A DNA stretch of 40,931 nucleotides from a virus (IMGVR_UViG_3300021400_000113:1-40931); one strand, 5' to 3'; counted from the first letter of the stretch, positions 8,220-18,113 are shown. Translations and numbers: made by a program. Notes: a model not told the origin generated them from the sequence alone.

Positions 8220-8528
8220 ATGGAAAAAGAATTTAATTTTAATGCGAAACAATTACATAAAGATAGTGAGTATCATTATAATTTAAGTATGGCGGAAAAA
8301 TATAATAATTTATTAACTTTAATGCGCGAACAAGTAGAAAAAGGAGAGTATGAATTAACTTTACCCGCACGAGATTTAACTATGGAAGTTATGTATTGGT
8401 TACACGATGATTTAGGATTTAATTTTGATTATATTCCTCGTGCGCAAAGTCTTGAAAGTAATAATTGGAAAACTGTTTCTCTTTCTCCGGATTTAGATCA
8501 TTATGAATGGGTAAAAATTAGATGGTAA
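8220..8528 (+). CDS. hypothetical protein
   Basis: GGAGGAG RBS; clean ORF. Confidence 0.75.
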   Translation: MEKEFNFNAKQLHKDSEYHYNLSMAEKYNNLLTLMREQVEKGEYELTLPARDLTMEVMYWLHDDLGFNFDYIPRAQSLESNNWKTVSLSPDLDHYEWVKIRW

Positions 8529-8540
8529 AGGAGTATAAAT

Positions 8541-8882
8541 ATGAATGAATATTTAATTAATCCTTCTTGGTTTTATTGGATTAATGTTGTAGATGGATTA
8601 CGAGGATTTTTTATTGTTTTGGCTATATTTTCTGGCGCGATTACTATTTCTTCTATTTTATTTCTAGCAGAGGATTTAATTGATGCTAAACAATGGAAGA
8701 AAATATTAACTATTGGTGGTATTTTTACTTTAATTTCTATTTTAGGAGCAATTTTACTTCCTTCAAAAGAAACTTTAATTGAAATGGAAGTTGCACGATT
8801 AGCAACTAAAAGTAATATTGACTGGACAATTGAGTCTATTAAAGAACTTATTGATTATATAGTTGATACAATTAAAAAATAA
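8541..8882 (+). CDS. membrane protein (2 TM)
   Basis: INPSWFYWINV N-terminus; two hydrophobic helices; LLPSKETL motif. Confidence 0.75.
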   Translation: MNEYLINPSWFYWINVVDGLRGFFIVLAIFSGAITISSILFLAEDLIDAKQWKKILTIGGIFTLISILGAILLPSKETLIEMEVARLATKSNIDWTIESIKELIDYIVDTIKK

Positions 8883-8960
8883 TGTGGAAGTATAAAACTT
8901 CCACATTTTATTATTGACTTTTTTATAAAATTTTGATATAATAAAAAAAAGGAGATTAAA

Positions 8961-9209
8961 ATGAAGTATTACGAATGTGATATGTGCGGTGAAATTTGTC
9001 ATTCTACAATGACATATAATCCTTTTAAAAATGGAGGATGGACCCGTGTAAACTTTAATGTAAATAACGAAGAAATTAATTGGGAATATGATAAAGAAAC
9101 TGATTCATATATTGCTGATGATATTATTGCAACAGTCCATCACTATTGTCCTTTATGTTATGAAAGATATTGTGATTTATATCGTCCTTTTTTGCCAATA
9201 GGAGAATAA
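8961..9209 (+). CDS. Zn-finger protein (paralog of 10320-10577)
   Basis: CDMC...GWTRV...HYCPLC. Confidence 0.75.
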   Translation: MKYYECDMCGEICHSTMTYNPFKNGGWTRVNFNVNNEEINWEYDKETDSYIADDIIATVHHYCPLCYERYCDLYRPFLPIGE

Positions 9210-9239
9210 ATTATTAAGTGTTTATGAGGTGAAATAAAA

Positions 9240-9458
9240 ATGATATTTAAGAAACGAAACGCATTTTTTGGAAGATACCCGTCTTGCGATCTGCTGAATA
9301 ATGCGTTGAGGTTTATTTTTCAAGATGAAGAATTATCCAAGAATGAATTAAATGCGGCAAGCGAAATCATTCATGCGATACATAAAGCTGGTGGATATTT
9401 CCATAAAGATTTAAAAGAAAAAATTGAATTTATTATGGAATGGGCAAACAAGCGGTAA
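9240..9458 (+). CDS. hypothetical protein
   Basis: GAGGTG RBS. Confidence 0.7.
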   Translation: MIFKKRNAFFGRYPSCDLLNNALRFIFQDEELSKNELNAASEIIHAIHKAGGYFHKDLKEKIEFIMEWANKR

Positions 9459-9477
9459 AACCGTCAAAGGAGGAGAC

Positions 9478-9624
9478 ATGAGAGTAATACTTTTTATCTT
9501 ATCATTCGTTGGTTTTTTAACTCTATTGGCAGCGCCTATTATATATCATTGGTGCATAAAGCCAAATAAATCATTGAAGGATGGATTACAGGATTGGATA
9601 GATGAATCGAGTGATGATTTTTGA
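9478..9624 (+). CDS. small membrane protein
   Basis: AGGAGG RBS before ATG 9478; one TM segment. Confidence 0.65.
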   Translation: MRVILFILSFVGFLTLLAAPIIYHWCIKPNKSLKDGLQDWIDESSDDF

Positions 9625-9638
9625 AATGGAGGAACAAA

Positions 9639-9905
9639 ATGAAAGATGAATTGTGGGGAATGACCAACCAAGAAGCAATTGAAACGATCAAGGCTAATTA
9701 CCCGGATGAAAGCTACACTATGCTGCGTGAAGCGTTAGATATAGCTATAAAAGCATTAGAACAATATATACCAGAATATGTAAATAACATTAATTGGGAT
9801 TATCTTAATACCTCTGGTGATTGTCCAAATTGTGGAATACGTATATATCAACGTTATCATCCTATTCGTTGTGGAGTATGCGGGCAGGCGGTGAGTTGGG
9901 GATGA
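9639..9905 (+). CDS. Zn-ribbon hypothetical protein
   Basis: GGAGG RBS; MTNQEAIE...ALDIAIKALE; CPNC...CGVC. Confidence 0.75.
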   Translation: MKDELWGMTNQEAIETIKANYPDESYTMLREALDIAIKALEQYIPEYVNNINWDYLNTSGDCPNCGIRIYQRYHPIRCGVCGQAVSWG

Positions 9906-10093
9906 TTTTTGTTAATGGACATAAAGTTTCGCAGGTGATTTGTCTATCATGTTTTCGCAGGTGGATAGCGGCAAGACCAATTGATACTCAGTTAGACGAA
10001 CTTGAATGCCCAAATTGTCATCAATATGGAATTGCCATTGAAACAGGTGAAACATCTGTAGCAGAAGAGTTATTAAAACAAATGAAAGAATAG
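9902..10093 (+). CDS. Zn-ribbon protein (ends TAG; to 10105 if read through)
   Basis: CLSC...LECPNC; ATGA coupling. Confidence 0.7.
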   Translation: MIFVNGHKVSQVICLSCFRRWIAARPIDTQLDELECPNCHQYGIAIETGETSVAEELLKQMKE

Positions 10094-10111
10094 GAAAGTC
10101 GGTGAAGTGGA

Positions 10112-10306
10112 ATGACTGAAACAACGATAAAATGTCATGAAGTTGAGCGATTTGAAAATCTCATGTATAAGGGCTGCGAACTGCATTGGCACTGCATTCA
10201 TTGCGATAATTACTGGCCTTTTCATTGCTACGGTAGGAAAGATCTCGAACAAATGGAATGTCCAGCAAGAAATGACAGATTTGTGATGTTTGATAATGAT
10301 AACTAG
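10112..10306 (+). CDS. Cys/His-rich hypothetical protein
   Basis: Clean ORF in operon. Confidence 0.6.
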   Translation: MTETTIKCHEVERFENLMYKGCELHWHCIHCDNYWPFHCYGRKDLEQMECPARNDRFVMFDNDN

Positions 10307-10319
10307 GAGATATGGTGAG

Positions 10320-10577
10320 ATGTATAAATGTGATAGCTGCGGCACAACCGCCGAAGAAAAATGGGACTTTGATTTATTTAATGAAGGTCATTGGACTAGA
10401 GTACCTATAGATGAAAATGGTAATCTCGCAAAATATATTGAACCCGCGGATAAAAATAGTATGTTCATGGAGTGTAATGCGGTTACTATTAAACATTATT
10501 GCCCTATTTGCTCTATGAAATTAGAAAATAAAGATGAAATTATACCAACACATTGGCTATGCCCTCCTATAGGATGA
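10320..10577 (+). CDS. Zn-finger protein (paralog of 8961-9209)
   Basis: CDSC...GHWTRV...HYCPIC. Confidence 0.7.
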   Translation: MYKCDSCGTTAEEKWDFDLFNEGHWTRVPIDENGNLAKYIEPADKNSMFMECNAVTIKHYCPICSMKLENKDEIIPTHWLCPPIG

Positions 10578-10716
10578 AAGTAAATTAAAATGAAACTATA
10601 AATTAAAAAAGTAAAACACTATTATCCTGAATGTGCTTATTATCCACTATATGTTTTTAAGAATTGACTTTAAGTAAAATTTATGTTATAATATATATAT
10701 GGAAGGAAAAAAGAAA

Positions 10717-10962
10717 ATGTGTATTTGCGAGCGCAAACCAGAATATACTAAAAAAGATGGAATAAACTTTTTCGATAAGTATATGAATGCAAAACTAATT
10801 GCGTGGGATGACTATACTGCCGCGAAAGTATACCTTGGAGTGCGCCCGGCGGGTGACGTTTATATGTGGTCTGAAACACGTAATGGAGAACATATAGAAT
10901 ATTATCCTGCTTTTTGCCCAGAGTGCGGCCGCAAATTAGAATTTAAAGGAGATATATTATGA
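10717..10962 (+). CDS. Zn-binding hypothetical protein
   Basis: MCIC...FCPECGRKL. Confidence 0.7.
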   Translation: MCICERKPEYTKKDGINFFDKYMNAKLIAWDDYTAAKVYLGVRPAGDVYMWSETRNGEHIEYYPAFCPECGRKLEFKGDIL

Positions 10963-11471
10963 TAAACTATCGTCATGGAATTTTTGAAACTAACAGTTCA
11001 AGTACTCATGCAATGGTTGTGACTTCCCAGGCGCCAAAGTATGAGCCTTCGGCGCTTCATTTTGAATTTGATGATTTTGGTTGGGAATTTTCCGTCCTGA
11101 CTTCTATGGCAGAAAAGGCGGCTTACCTTTATACCGCGGCAGTTGTTATTCGTCAAGATTATAAAGGAGTTCAGCAAACTTTGCGCAAATTGCTACCTGG
11201 AATTAAATTAACTTTTGAAAAACCTAGGTATTCTTACTATGGTACTTATAAGTTTCTTGAAAACGGTAGCGTTGATCACGTAGGGACGGATGAACAATTA
11301 GAATTTGTAAATACAATGCTTACAGATTCTGACGCGCTTAAACGTTATTTATTCAGTGAAGAATCTTATGTTGTAACCGGTAATGATAATTGTGATGAAG
11401 AACAATATGAATGGTTTAAGCATAAGGAAGAACCAGATTATCCACACACAACTTATTATAAGGGGAATTAA
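10959..11471 (+). CDS. FETNSSS-motif protein A
   Basis: N-terminus MINYRHGIFETNSSSTH. Confidence 0.85.
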   Translation: MINYRHGIFETNSSSTHAMVVTSQAPKYEPSALHFEFDDFGWEFSVLTSMAEKAAYLYTAAVVIRQDYKGVQQTLRKLLPGIKLTFEKPRYSYYGTYKFLENGSVDHVGTDEQLEFVNTMLTDSDALKRYLFSEESYVVTGNDNCDEEQYEWFKHKEEPDYPHTTYYKGN

Positions 11472-11473
11472 TT

Positions 11474-11869
11474 ATGATTAATTTTAGATATGGTATTTTT
11501 GAAACAAACAGTTCCAGTACGCACTCTCTATACTTTGCTACTGATAAAGAATATAAAGATTTTAAAGACGGTAATACAGTGTTGGATTTATATAGTGGCA
11601 AATTTGTGCCTTGGGACAAAGCAGTTGAAGCAACAATCGCGGCCGCAATGAACTGTAATGAAACAGAATTTTATGGCTACGAAGATGATGAACCTATTAG
11701 CTTCGATGAATTTCGTAAAATGGAACACGACGATCAGCGGGCAATTTTGCGCGCGTATGATTATAAATCTTGGGATGACTTTGGTGATTATTTAGAATTT
11801 TATCACAGCCGCCATATTACTGAACATGGCGATGTGGTAAATGTATTTGGTGAATATGGACACGATTAA
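11474..11869 (+). CDS. FETNSSS-motif protein B
   Basis: N-terminus MINFRYGIFETNSSSTH. Confidence 0.85.
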   Translation: MINFRYGIFETNSSSTHSLYFATDKEYKDFKDGNTVLDLYSGKFVPWDKAVEATIAAAMNCNETEFYGYEDDEPISFDEFRKMEHDDQRAILRAYDYKSWDDFGDYLEFYHSRHITEHGDVVNVFGEYGHD

Positions 11870-11884
11870 ATAAAGGAGAAAAAT

Positions 11885-12799
11885 ATGAGTAAGGAACTAC
11901 TTGGACGTTATATTAATGGCAACTATGAAGTTATGATTTGGCAGGACGGTTCAAAACTACGCTTTAACAAAGAAGATTATTTCGCGCCTGACTTTCCAGA
12001 AAGCATTGATTGTAAGATTAGTAATCGTTGTAATATGGGATGCGCATTTTGTCATGAGGAATCTGTCCCAGATGGAGCACTAGCCAATTTAAACCATCCA
12101 ATTTTTGATTCCCTCCCTAGCTTTGTTGAACTTGCGCTCGGCGGAGGCAACGTGTTTGAACACCCCGGCCTGGAAGAGTTCCTTACTCGTATGGCGCAAA
12201 AGCATATTATCTGTAATATCACTGTTCATCTATATCATTTTGTAGAGTATTACTCTACAATTAAGCGCCTTGTAGATGAAGGTAAAATCTTTGGCGTAGG
12301 TGTATCTGTAAATAGTGATATTACAGAGGAACAAATTAAACTAATTACTTCTATTCCTAATGCGGTGGTTCATTGTATCGCGGGCGTAGTTAATTATTCT
12401 ACTTTAATGAAAATGGCATATCATAACATTAAATTACTATTTCTTGGATACAAGACTTTCGGCCGCGGCGTAGATTATGGTTGGAATTTTACGCATGTTA
12501 TTTTAGATAAAATTCATTACATTTCTGACCATATGTATGAACTTCGTGAATGGTTTCCAATTATCAGTTTTGATAACCTTGCTATTAGTCAGCTAAATAT
12601 TAATAAGATGGTTGATAAAAAAGATTGGGATCGTACCTATATGGGCAATGACGGTCAATTTACAATGTATCTTGATATGGTTAAGGAAGAGTGCGCGATT
12701 TCTTCTACTTCTGAGCGCAAGCCCATTGGAAAGGAAACGGATATTGTAAATTTATTTAATAAGGTGAGAGAATATACGCCCTCAACAGTGTTAATTTAA
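11885..12799 (+). CDS. radical SAM protein
   Basis: CxxxCxxC (CNMGCAFC) and LGGGN, a variant of the GGE motif. Confidence 0.9.
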   Translation: MSKELLGRYINGNYEVMIWQDGSKLRFNKEDYFAPDFPESIDCKISNRCNMGCAFCHEESVPDGALANLNHPIFDSLPSFVELALGGGNVFEHPGLEEFLTRMAQKHIICNITVHLYHFVEYYSTIKRLVDEGKIFGVGVSVNSDITEEQIKLITSIPNAVVHCIAGVVNYSTLMKMAYHNIKLLFLGYKTFGRGVDYGWNFTHVILDKIHYISDHMYELREWFPIISFDNLAISQLNINKMVDKKDWDRTYMGNDGQFTMYLDMVKEECAISSTSERKPIGKETDIVNLFNKVREYTPSTVLI

Positions 12800-12865
12800 T
12801 ACTTGACTTTTATTTTAAATTAAGTTATAATATATGTATGAAAAGGAGATTAGGAGGAAAGAATA

Positions 12866-13213
12866 ATGGCTGAATTTCAAGAAGTAATGAATAAGTTCCA
12901 TAAACTTTGTGATGCTTATCAAGCAAATGGTTGTAAGAATTGTCCCATTGGAATATCTTGCGTAAATGAAGCAGATGATGATCCTGAAAATTTTGAGAAG
13001 ATTGTAATGGAATGGGGCCAACCTATCTATCCAACCTTTCTTGAATTAGTTCATTATTTGGCGCAGGATATTCCTAACGGGCTTAATATGCCTTTAAGTG
13101 AATTGATGATGCTACGTATTCCCGAAGATAAGGCAGAAGAACTTGGCCTTATGCCTATCAATGAGTGCGGCTTAAATAAGTATGCTGATGAGGTGGAGAG
13201 TGAATGGCGATGA
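12866..13213 (+). CDS. hypothetical protein
   Basis: AGGAGG RBS; CKNCP. Confidence 0.75.
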   Translation: MAEFQEVMNKFHKLCDAYQANGCKNCPIGISCVNEADDDPENFEKIVMEWGQPIYPTFLELVHYLAQDIPNGLNMPLSELMMLRIPEDKAEELGLMPINECGLNKYADEVESEWR

Positions 13214-13425
13214 ATTGCCATAATGTAGAAGATATTGTTAAGTTAATTGCACGACGAGATGGTATTTCCATAGAAGAAGCCTATGCTTGTGTTATGGATT
13301 GCCAAACAGAGTTAGATTATGTCGTCGCGCGCGGTGGATCATATGATGAAGTTGTAGAGGTAATTGCAGATATTTTGGGCTTAGAGCCAGATTACATGGA
13401 TATATTGCTAGATAATATGCTATGA
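13204..13425 (+). CDS. hypothetical acidic protein
   Basis: RRDGIS...LGLEPDY; GAGG RBS. Confidence 0.75.
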   Translation: MAMNCHNVEDIVKLIARRDGISIEEAYACVMDCQTELDYVVARGGSYDEVVEVIADILGLEPDYMDILLDNML

Positions 13426-13664
13426 ACCGCGTTTATCTCATAAAGCCATACAACCCATATGTCCCTGCCGCGGAAAACGAAACAATTAAATATATCTACA
13501 CCATTAATGAATAGTAGTTTTGTATTGTTGAAACGGTGTTGGACTGGGGAAAGCCATAGGTTGGCCTAAGTATTGATTAGGAGGATAATTATGGCTTTTA
13601 TTTGTATAACAATTATGAGGACGCTCTTGAATATGTAAAATTAATAAAAAGGTTGGCGAGATAA
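13422..13664 (+). CDS. hypothetical protein, 80 aa with 4 TAG=Gln (including tandem TAG TAG)
   Basis: Fills the gap exactly: ATGA overlap upstream and TAA 1 nt before the next ATG. Confidence 0.7.
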
Positions 13665-13665
13665 G

Positions 13666-14202
13666 ATGGGTTTAAATGTATTTAAAGATTATAATTGCTG
13701 GGGCACTCGATATAAGCTTACTCATCCTTGGGTAGTTGTCGCTGACAAATGGCGCGATTTAAAGGCAGGATGGCAACGCGCAACGAAAGGTTATGCTCCA
13801 AGAGATGTTTGGAATATGTGTGACTATTTTCTGGAAATATTTCCTGCAATGCTACGAGATTTAGCAGAAAATTGTCACGCTTATCCTGGTGTTGCGCCGT
13901 TCGACAGCCCCGAGAAGTGGGAAAATTGGCTTCGCGAAATGGCAAATAAGTTAGAATGGTGTCGTGAAGATGTATGGGAAAAAGATAATGAATACGAAGA
14001 AGAATATATGAAGCAATTTGATGATAATTTATGGCAAAATTGGAAACGGGACGAACATGGTAATTTAGTTTATTCTCGTACTCAAAGTGAAATTGATAAA
14101 CTTTACTTCGCGCGCGAAAAAGAACTTTCTGTTAAGGCGCATCAGCAATTACAAGATACTTTAAGTGAAATTTCACGATATTTTTTCTATCTGTGGAATT
14201 AA
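13666..14202 (+). CDS. hypothetical protein
   Basis: Clean ORF; WQRATKGY..DVWN. Confidence 0.8.
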   Translation: MGLNVFKDYNCWGTRYKLTHPWVVVADKWRDLKAGWQRATKGYAPRDVWNMCDYFLEIFPAMLRDLAENCHAYPGVAPFDSPEKWENWLREMANKLEWCREDVWEKDNEYEEEYMKQFDDNLWQNWKRDEHGNLVYSRTQSEIDKLYFAREKELSVKAHQQLQDTLSEISRYFFYLWN

Positions 14203-14214
14203 GGAGGAGCAATT

Positions 14215-14391
14215 ATGATAGCAACTCTATTAGAAAATCGCGCGGGTGAATGGTATTGCAGCGAATGTCGGATGCGTTAGAAAGAGATTGAGCCGTCCTG
14301 TTACTATTGTGGGCGACTCTTTTCTAATTATGAAGAAGTAGCATTAAAATTATATAAGATGCTTTTAGAAGAAGAATTACATTTGACTTAA
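14215..14391 (+). CDS. Zn-ribbon protein with 1 TAG=Gln
   Basis: AGGAGG RBS; CSEC-RMR*-...CYYC, with the two Cys pairs joined only by readthrough. Confidence 0.75.
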
Positions 14392-14442
14392 TTTTTAATT
14401 TATGTTATAATTAAGAAAAGAGAGAGAAAGGGGAAAATTGTA

Positions 14443-14835
14443 ATGCGATTCTATACAAAAAAGCAACTTGAAAATTATCTTGAAGATGAACGTCTTAAAC
14501 TTAATATTGCTAGAAATGAATATGAATTACAAACTGGCGAGATGAAAATAAAGCAAATTTATTTAGACTATTTTGAGAAACTACTTAAAGTAAAATTTGA
14601 TGGTAGTATTTCTGTTGAAGAGATTGATAAGCGTTTTCGTGAAAAATCTGGATGGGATGAAGCGTTTAATAAATATTTTCATAAAATTTATGGTAGTGGT
14701 TTTATGGAAGGCGGAGAAGCCGCCTTTAAAGCTTGTTATAATAATGGACTAATTAACGAAGGAATGTATAAATTATTATCAGAAGCATTTAAGAACGGAG
14801 CGGAGGAAAGTATAAAGAAACATGAAGTAGAATAA
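14443..14835 (+). CDS. hypothetical protein
   Basis: Promoter and RBS; clean ORF. Confidence 0.75.
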   Translation: MRFYTKKQLENYLEDERLKLNIARNEYELQTGEMKIKQIYLDYFEKLLKVKFDGSISVEEIDKRFREKSGWDEAFNKYFHKIYGSGFMEGGEAAFKACYNNGLINEGMYKLLSEAFKNGAEESIKKHEVE

Positions 14836-15175
14836 TATATGGGAAGGCTATCAGGAGTGGCTCACTGGGGCTACAAAAGAAGAATTAGATCAAATTGTAA
14901 AAGAGGCAGAAATACATACGCGAGATGAAGAAGAATTTGAAGAAATAATGAATGGCTCTGATACTAAATTGATGGTTATGACAAGCGAAGCACCAACAAT
15001 TACATTTTATCCAAATGTTGTATATTGTGAAGAATGTCGTCATCGTCCTGTTCAAACCGAAGAAGGTATCTTTCCGCCGCGATTAAATGACTATACTTGT
15101 CCATTTATATTTCTAGATCCTAAGTTTGGTAATGGGCCTAGTAATAAGTTTTATTGTGCGTTTGGAGAAAGGTAA
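14822..15175 (+). CDS. Cys-rich hypothetical protein (third codon TAG=Gln)
   Basis: GGAGG RBS before ATG 14822; in frame with track ORF 14948; CEECRHRP...FYCAFGE. Confidence 0.65.
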
Positions 15176-15471
15176 TGGAAAATATAACAGTAAATGAATG
15201 GCTTTCAATGTTAAAAGAAATTGACAAAAATCCTCCAATTGTTGCTCCTTCTTCTCCCAATTGCTTTCCTTCATTAGAAGAAATGGGGTATGTAAAAGTT
15301 GTAAAATGTAAGGATTGTAAGCATCGTCCTCGTAAGCATTGGGAAGGGGATGAGTATGAGATAGTGGCGCCGCAAAATAAAAATGGAAAAAGAGACTATA
15401 CTTGTCATTGCTTACAATTACATGAAATTCCTGGTGATAGTTTTTATTGCGCGTTTGGAGAAAAGGAATGA
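15175..15471 (+). CDS. Cys-rich hypothetical protein, tandem paralog of the previous gene
   Basis: CKDCKHRP...DYTC...FYCAFGE; TAATG coupling. Confidence 0.7.
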   Translation: MENITVNEWLSMLKEIDKNPPIVAPSSPNCFPSLEEMGYVKVVKCKDCKHRPRKHWEGDEYEIVAPQNKNGKRDYTCHCLQLHEIPGDSFYCAFGEKE

Positions 15472-15782
15472 AATTAATTAGTAAAATTAAACAAAAAATA
15501 ATTCATTGGTGCGGCGGTTATACAGAAGAAGAATTATTGTCTAATAGAAAAAAAATAGAAATTATAAAAACCATTTATCCAATTGAGAAACTTCAATTTT
15601 CTCATAGATATTTTATAAATGAGACTCCTAAACAATATATGGATAATGAAGCCGCGAATTATTTAGCAAAAGAAATTATAAAAAGGGGATTCTACGAAAG
15701 TAGAACCGAGAGTAGTAAAGAATCTCCTGGATTAGTTATAACATATTATTCAGTCTATGTAGCATGTCCTCCAAAAGATTGA
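15468..15782 (+). CDS. hypothetical protein
   Basis: ATGA coupling. Confidence 0.7.
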   Translation: MKLISKIKQKIIHWCGGYTEEELLSNRKKIEIIKTIYPIEKLQFSHRYFINETPKQYMDNEAANYLAKEIIKRGFYESRTESSKESPGLVITYYSVYVACPPKD

Positions 15783-15813
15783 CTTATTTTTAAAATTATG
15801 ATATAATATAAAT

Positions 15814-16101
15814 ATGAAAGGGGAGATAAAATTGACTATTACTGAATGGAAATGTGAAGGAGTATCTACCGTAGAACTTGAAGCAGTAATTCGAGAACAT
15901 TATTATCCCGGAGTTAAGGTAGAAATTTGGGCGGGAAGTCCATATTTGATTGACGCGAATAATGAGGTTGTGCGTGATAGTAAAGAAATGTTGCTTGAAA
16001 TGGCGGCTAATTTTCTTGGCTGGCGGCCGCAACGTGTTGAAGTGAATTATTGTGGAGATTATATAACTTTTAAGGCTGTGAAGGAGAAAAAGATTCTATG
16101 A
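15814..16101 (+). CDS. hypothetical protein
   Basis: Downstream of promoter 15779; start codon uncertain. Confidence 0.65.
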   Translation: MKGEIKLTITEWKCEGVSTVELEAVIREHYYPGVKVEIWAGSPYLIDANNEVVRDSKEMLLEMAANFLGWRPQRVEVNYCGDYITFKAVKEKKIL

Positions 16102-16451
16102 CAATTTTGTATCGTGGTTTTAATGGACATGGAGTAATGTCTGAATTAGCTTGGATGTTAATCGCGGCTGGGGCGATATTTCTAATTCTCTTTATTTTTT
16201 CAATAATGCATGAATGGAATGATGTAGGGGCTTCATTAGCTTTTGGTTTAGCTGTTGGCTTTATTGTTTGTGGTCTTATGTTTTTTAAAGATACTCGTGT
16301 TCCAATCGTAAAAGCAATTATTGATGAAGATATTACCTGGCAAGAAATGAATAAAAATTATGAATTGCTTGGCAATGAAGGCGACATTTATAAATTTGAA
16401 GTAAAAAATGTAACAGTTGAGGATTGGGAAAAGGAGATTGAGAATAAATGA
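16098..16451 (+). CDS. membrane protein (2 TM)
   Basis: Hydrophobic segments; AAGGAG RBS. Confidence 0.75.
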   Translation: MTILYRGFNGHGVMSELAWMLIAAGAIFLILFIFSIMHEWNDVGASLAFGLAVGFIVCGLMFFKDTRVPIVKAIIDEDITWQEMNKNYELLGNEGDIYKFEVKNVTVEDWEKEIENK

Positions 16452-16879
16452 TTATCGTAATTATTTTCTTCGCTATTGTTGGTTTAGCTATTCTTGGATT
16501 TGTACTTGCGAGTAAGCGAGGTGCAGAAGGCGTCTGTGGACTTATGGTTGGCGTTTTAGCTCTTATGACTGTTTTAGGTGTTGTTGGCTGTATTGAATTA
16601 GGCGAAGAATATATTGGTATTAATGGACGTATAGCAAATTACCAGCAACATTATAATTCTCTTATGTATCAATTAACTAATAAAGTTTATAATGAAGATA
16701 TTACAACTAATTCTTATTATCAGTTAATTGAAGAAGTAACACATTGGAATTGTGATTTAGCTAAGCGGCAAGCACTTCAAAACGATTTATTCTTAGGTAT
16801 TTTTTACGCGGACATTTATGATCAATTTGAATTTATCCCTCTCGAACTAATTGGAGGGGAATCCGTTGGAACAGAATAA
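16448..16879 (+). CDS. membrane protein (2 TM)
   Basis: Hydrophobic N-terminus; ATGA coupling. Confidence 0.75.
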   Translation: MIIVIIFFAIVGLAILGFVLASKRGAEGVCGLMVGVLALMTVLGVVGCIELGEEYIGINGRIANYQQHYNSLMYQLTNKVYNEDITTNSYYQLIEEVTHWNCDLAKRQALQNDLFLGIFYADIYDQFEFIPLELIGGESVGTE

Positions 16880-17018
16880 AAAAGTAGAAATCGTACTAGA
16901 AGATTTACAAATTTGCCGCACAGGCATGTGTAGTCTATGTAAATACCATGACAATTGTATGGATGGACTAATAGATGATTGTTATGAACTTCTTATGGAG
17001 ATAAAGAATAATGGATAA
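16866..17018 (+). CDS. small Cys-rich protein (TTG start)
   Basis: GGAGG RBS; C..GMCSLCKY...C. Confidence 0.55.
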   Translation: MEQNKKVEIVLEDLQICRTGMCSLCKYHDNCMDGLIDDCYELLMEIKNNG

Positions 17019-17268
17019 TTTTTTAGAATAGAAAGAAAAGTTAATAAGTGATATTACAAATCAAATAGAAAAAGAATGCGGCATTAAAAATGCGGCCTGG
17101 GTAGTATTACTTATACTTCTTTTTATCAATCCTGAAACTTGGACTTTTGATAAGTCTATGCTGGCAAAGATATATCAAGCTATTGATATTATAGAAAAGA
17201 ATGAAGAATTAAAAAATTTATTCGCGGCAAAACCGCACGAGGAAAGTAATAATGATAAGAGTAGGTAA
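17011..17268 (+). CDS. hypothetical protein with 1 TAG=Gln
   Basis: GGAG RBS; fills the gap up to the prs-like gene. Confidence 0.6.
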
Positions 17269-18055
17269 TCAAATAATTGAATTTGGAAAATTTGCTGATG
17301 GAACATGTCATGTAAATATTGATTGTTCTAAATTAGAACCTAATGCCCCGATTGTTTGGCTTTACGACAATGATGCGGAATGGATGCAAGTATGGTTTTT
17401 AACACAGCATTGTCGTGATCACGAAGGGTATCGGCGCGCATTGCTTATGCCCTACTGTAATTCCGCGCGTCAAGACAGAACCGTTAATGATGATGACGTA
17501 TTTACTTTAAAATATTTTTCTCAAATGGTAAATGCGCTTCATTTTGACAGGGTAGAAGTATTTGATGCGCATAGTGACGTTACGGCTGCGCTACTTAATC
17601 ACGTTCATGTGCTCTCGCCCGTTCCAGTGGTTCAAAAAGTTCTAGATAAATTACCAAATATTGTTCTTGCTTTTCCTGATGAGGGCGCAATGCAACGATA
17701 TCGTGGTCAATTTCCTATTCCAACTATATATGGAATTAAATCCCGTAATTGGCAAACTCAAAAAGTTGAAAAGTTAATTCTTTGTGGAGCAACTAATGAA
17801 ATTACTGGTAAAGATATTTTAATTATTGATGATATTATAGGGAAAGGTAGTACAATTTATTATATGGCAAAGCAGCTTAAAGAACTTGGAGCGAATAATA
17901 TTTATGTTTATGCTAGCCACTGTGAAAATACTGTCTTACAGCCGCACATCAATGGTAAATCTTTATTAGATTATGATATAATTACTAAAATTTATACAAC
18001 CAATTCTATTTTTCGTGGTTCTCATCCAAAAATTGAAATTATAAAATACTTTTAA
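17252..18055 (+). CDS. ribose-phosphate pyrophosphokinase-like protein (PRPP synthetase / Adps-like)
   Basis: FADG, MPYCNSARQDR, DAHS, FPDEGA and IIDDIIGKGST motifs. Confidence 0.85.
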   Translation: MIRVGNQIIEFGKFADGTCHVNIDCSKLEPNAPIVWLYDNDAEWMQVWFLTQHCRDHEGYRRALLMPYCNSARQDRTVNDDDVFTLKYFSQMVNALHFDRVEVFDAHSDVTAALLNHVHVLSPVPVVQKVLDKLPNIVLAFPDEGAMQRYRGQFPIPTIYGIKSRNWQTQKVEKLILCGATNEITGKDILIIDDIIGKGSTIYYMAKQLKELGANNIYVYASHCENTVLQPHINGKSLLDYDIITKIYTTNSIFRGSHPKIEIIKYF

Positions 18056-18113
18056 TTGACTTTTTTCTAAAATTATAGTATAATTAATGTATAAAGAAAG
18101 GAAAGTGATTTAA

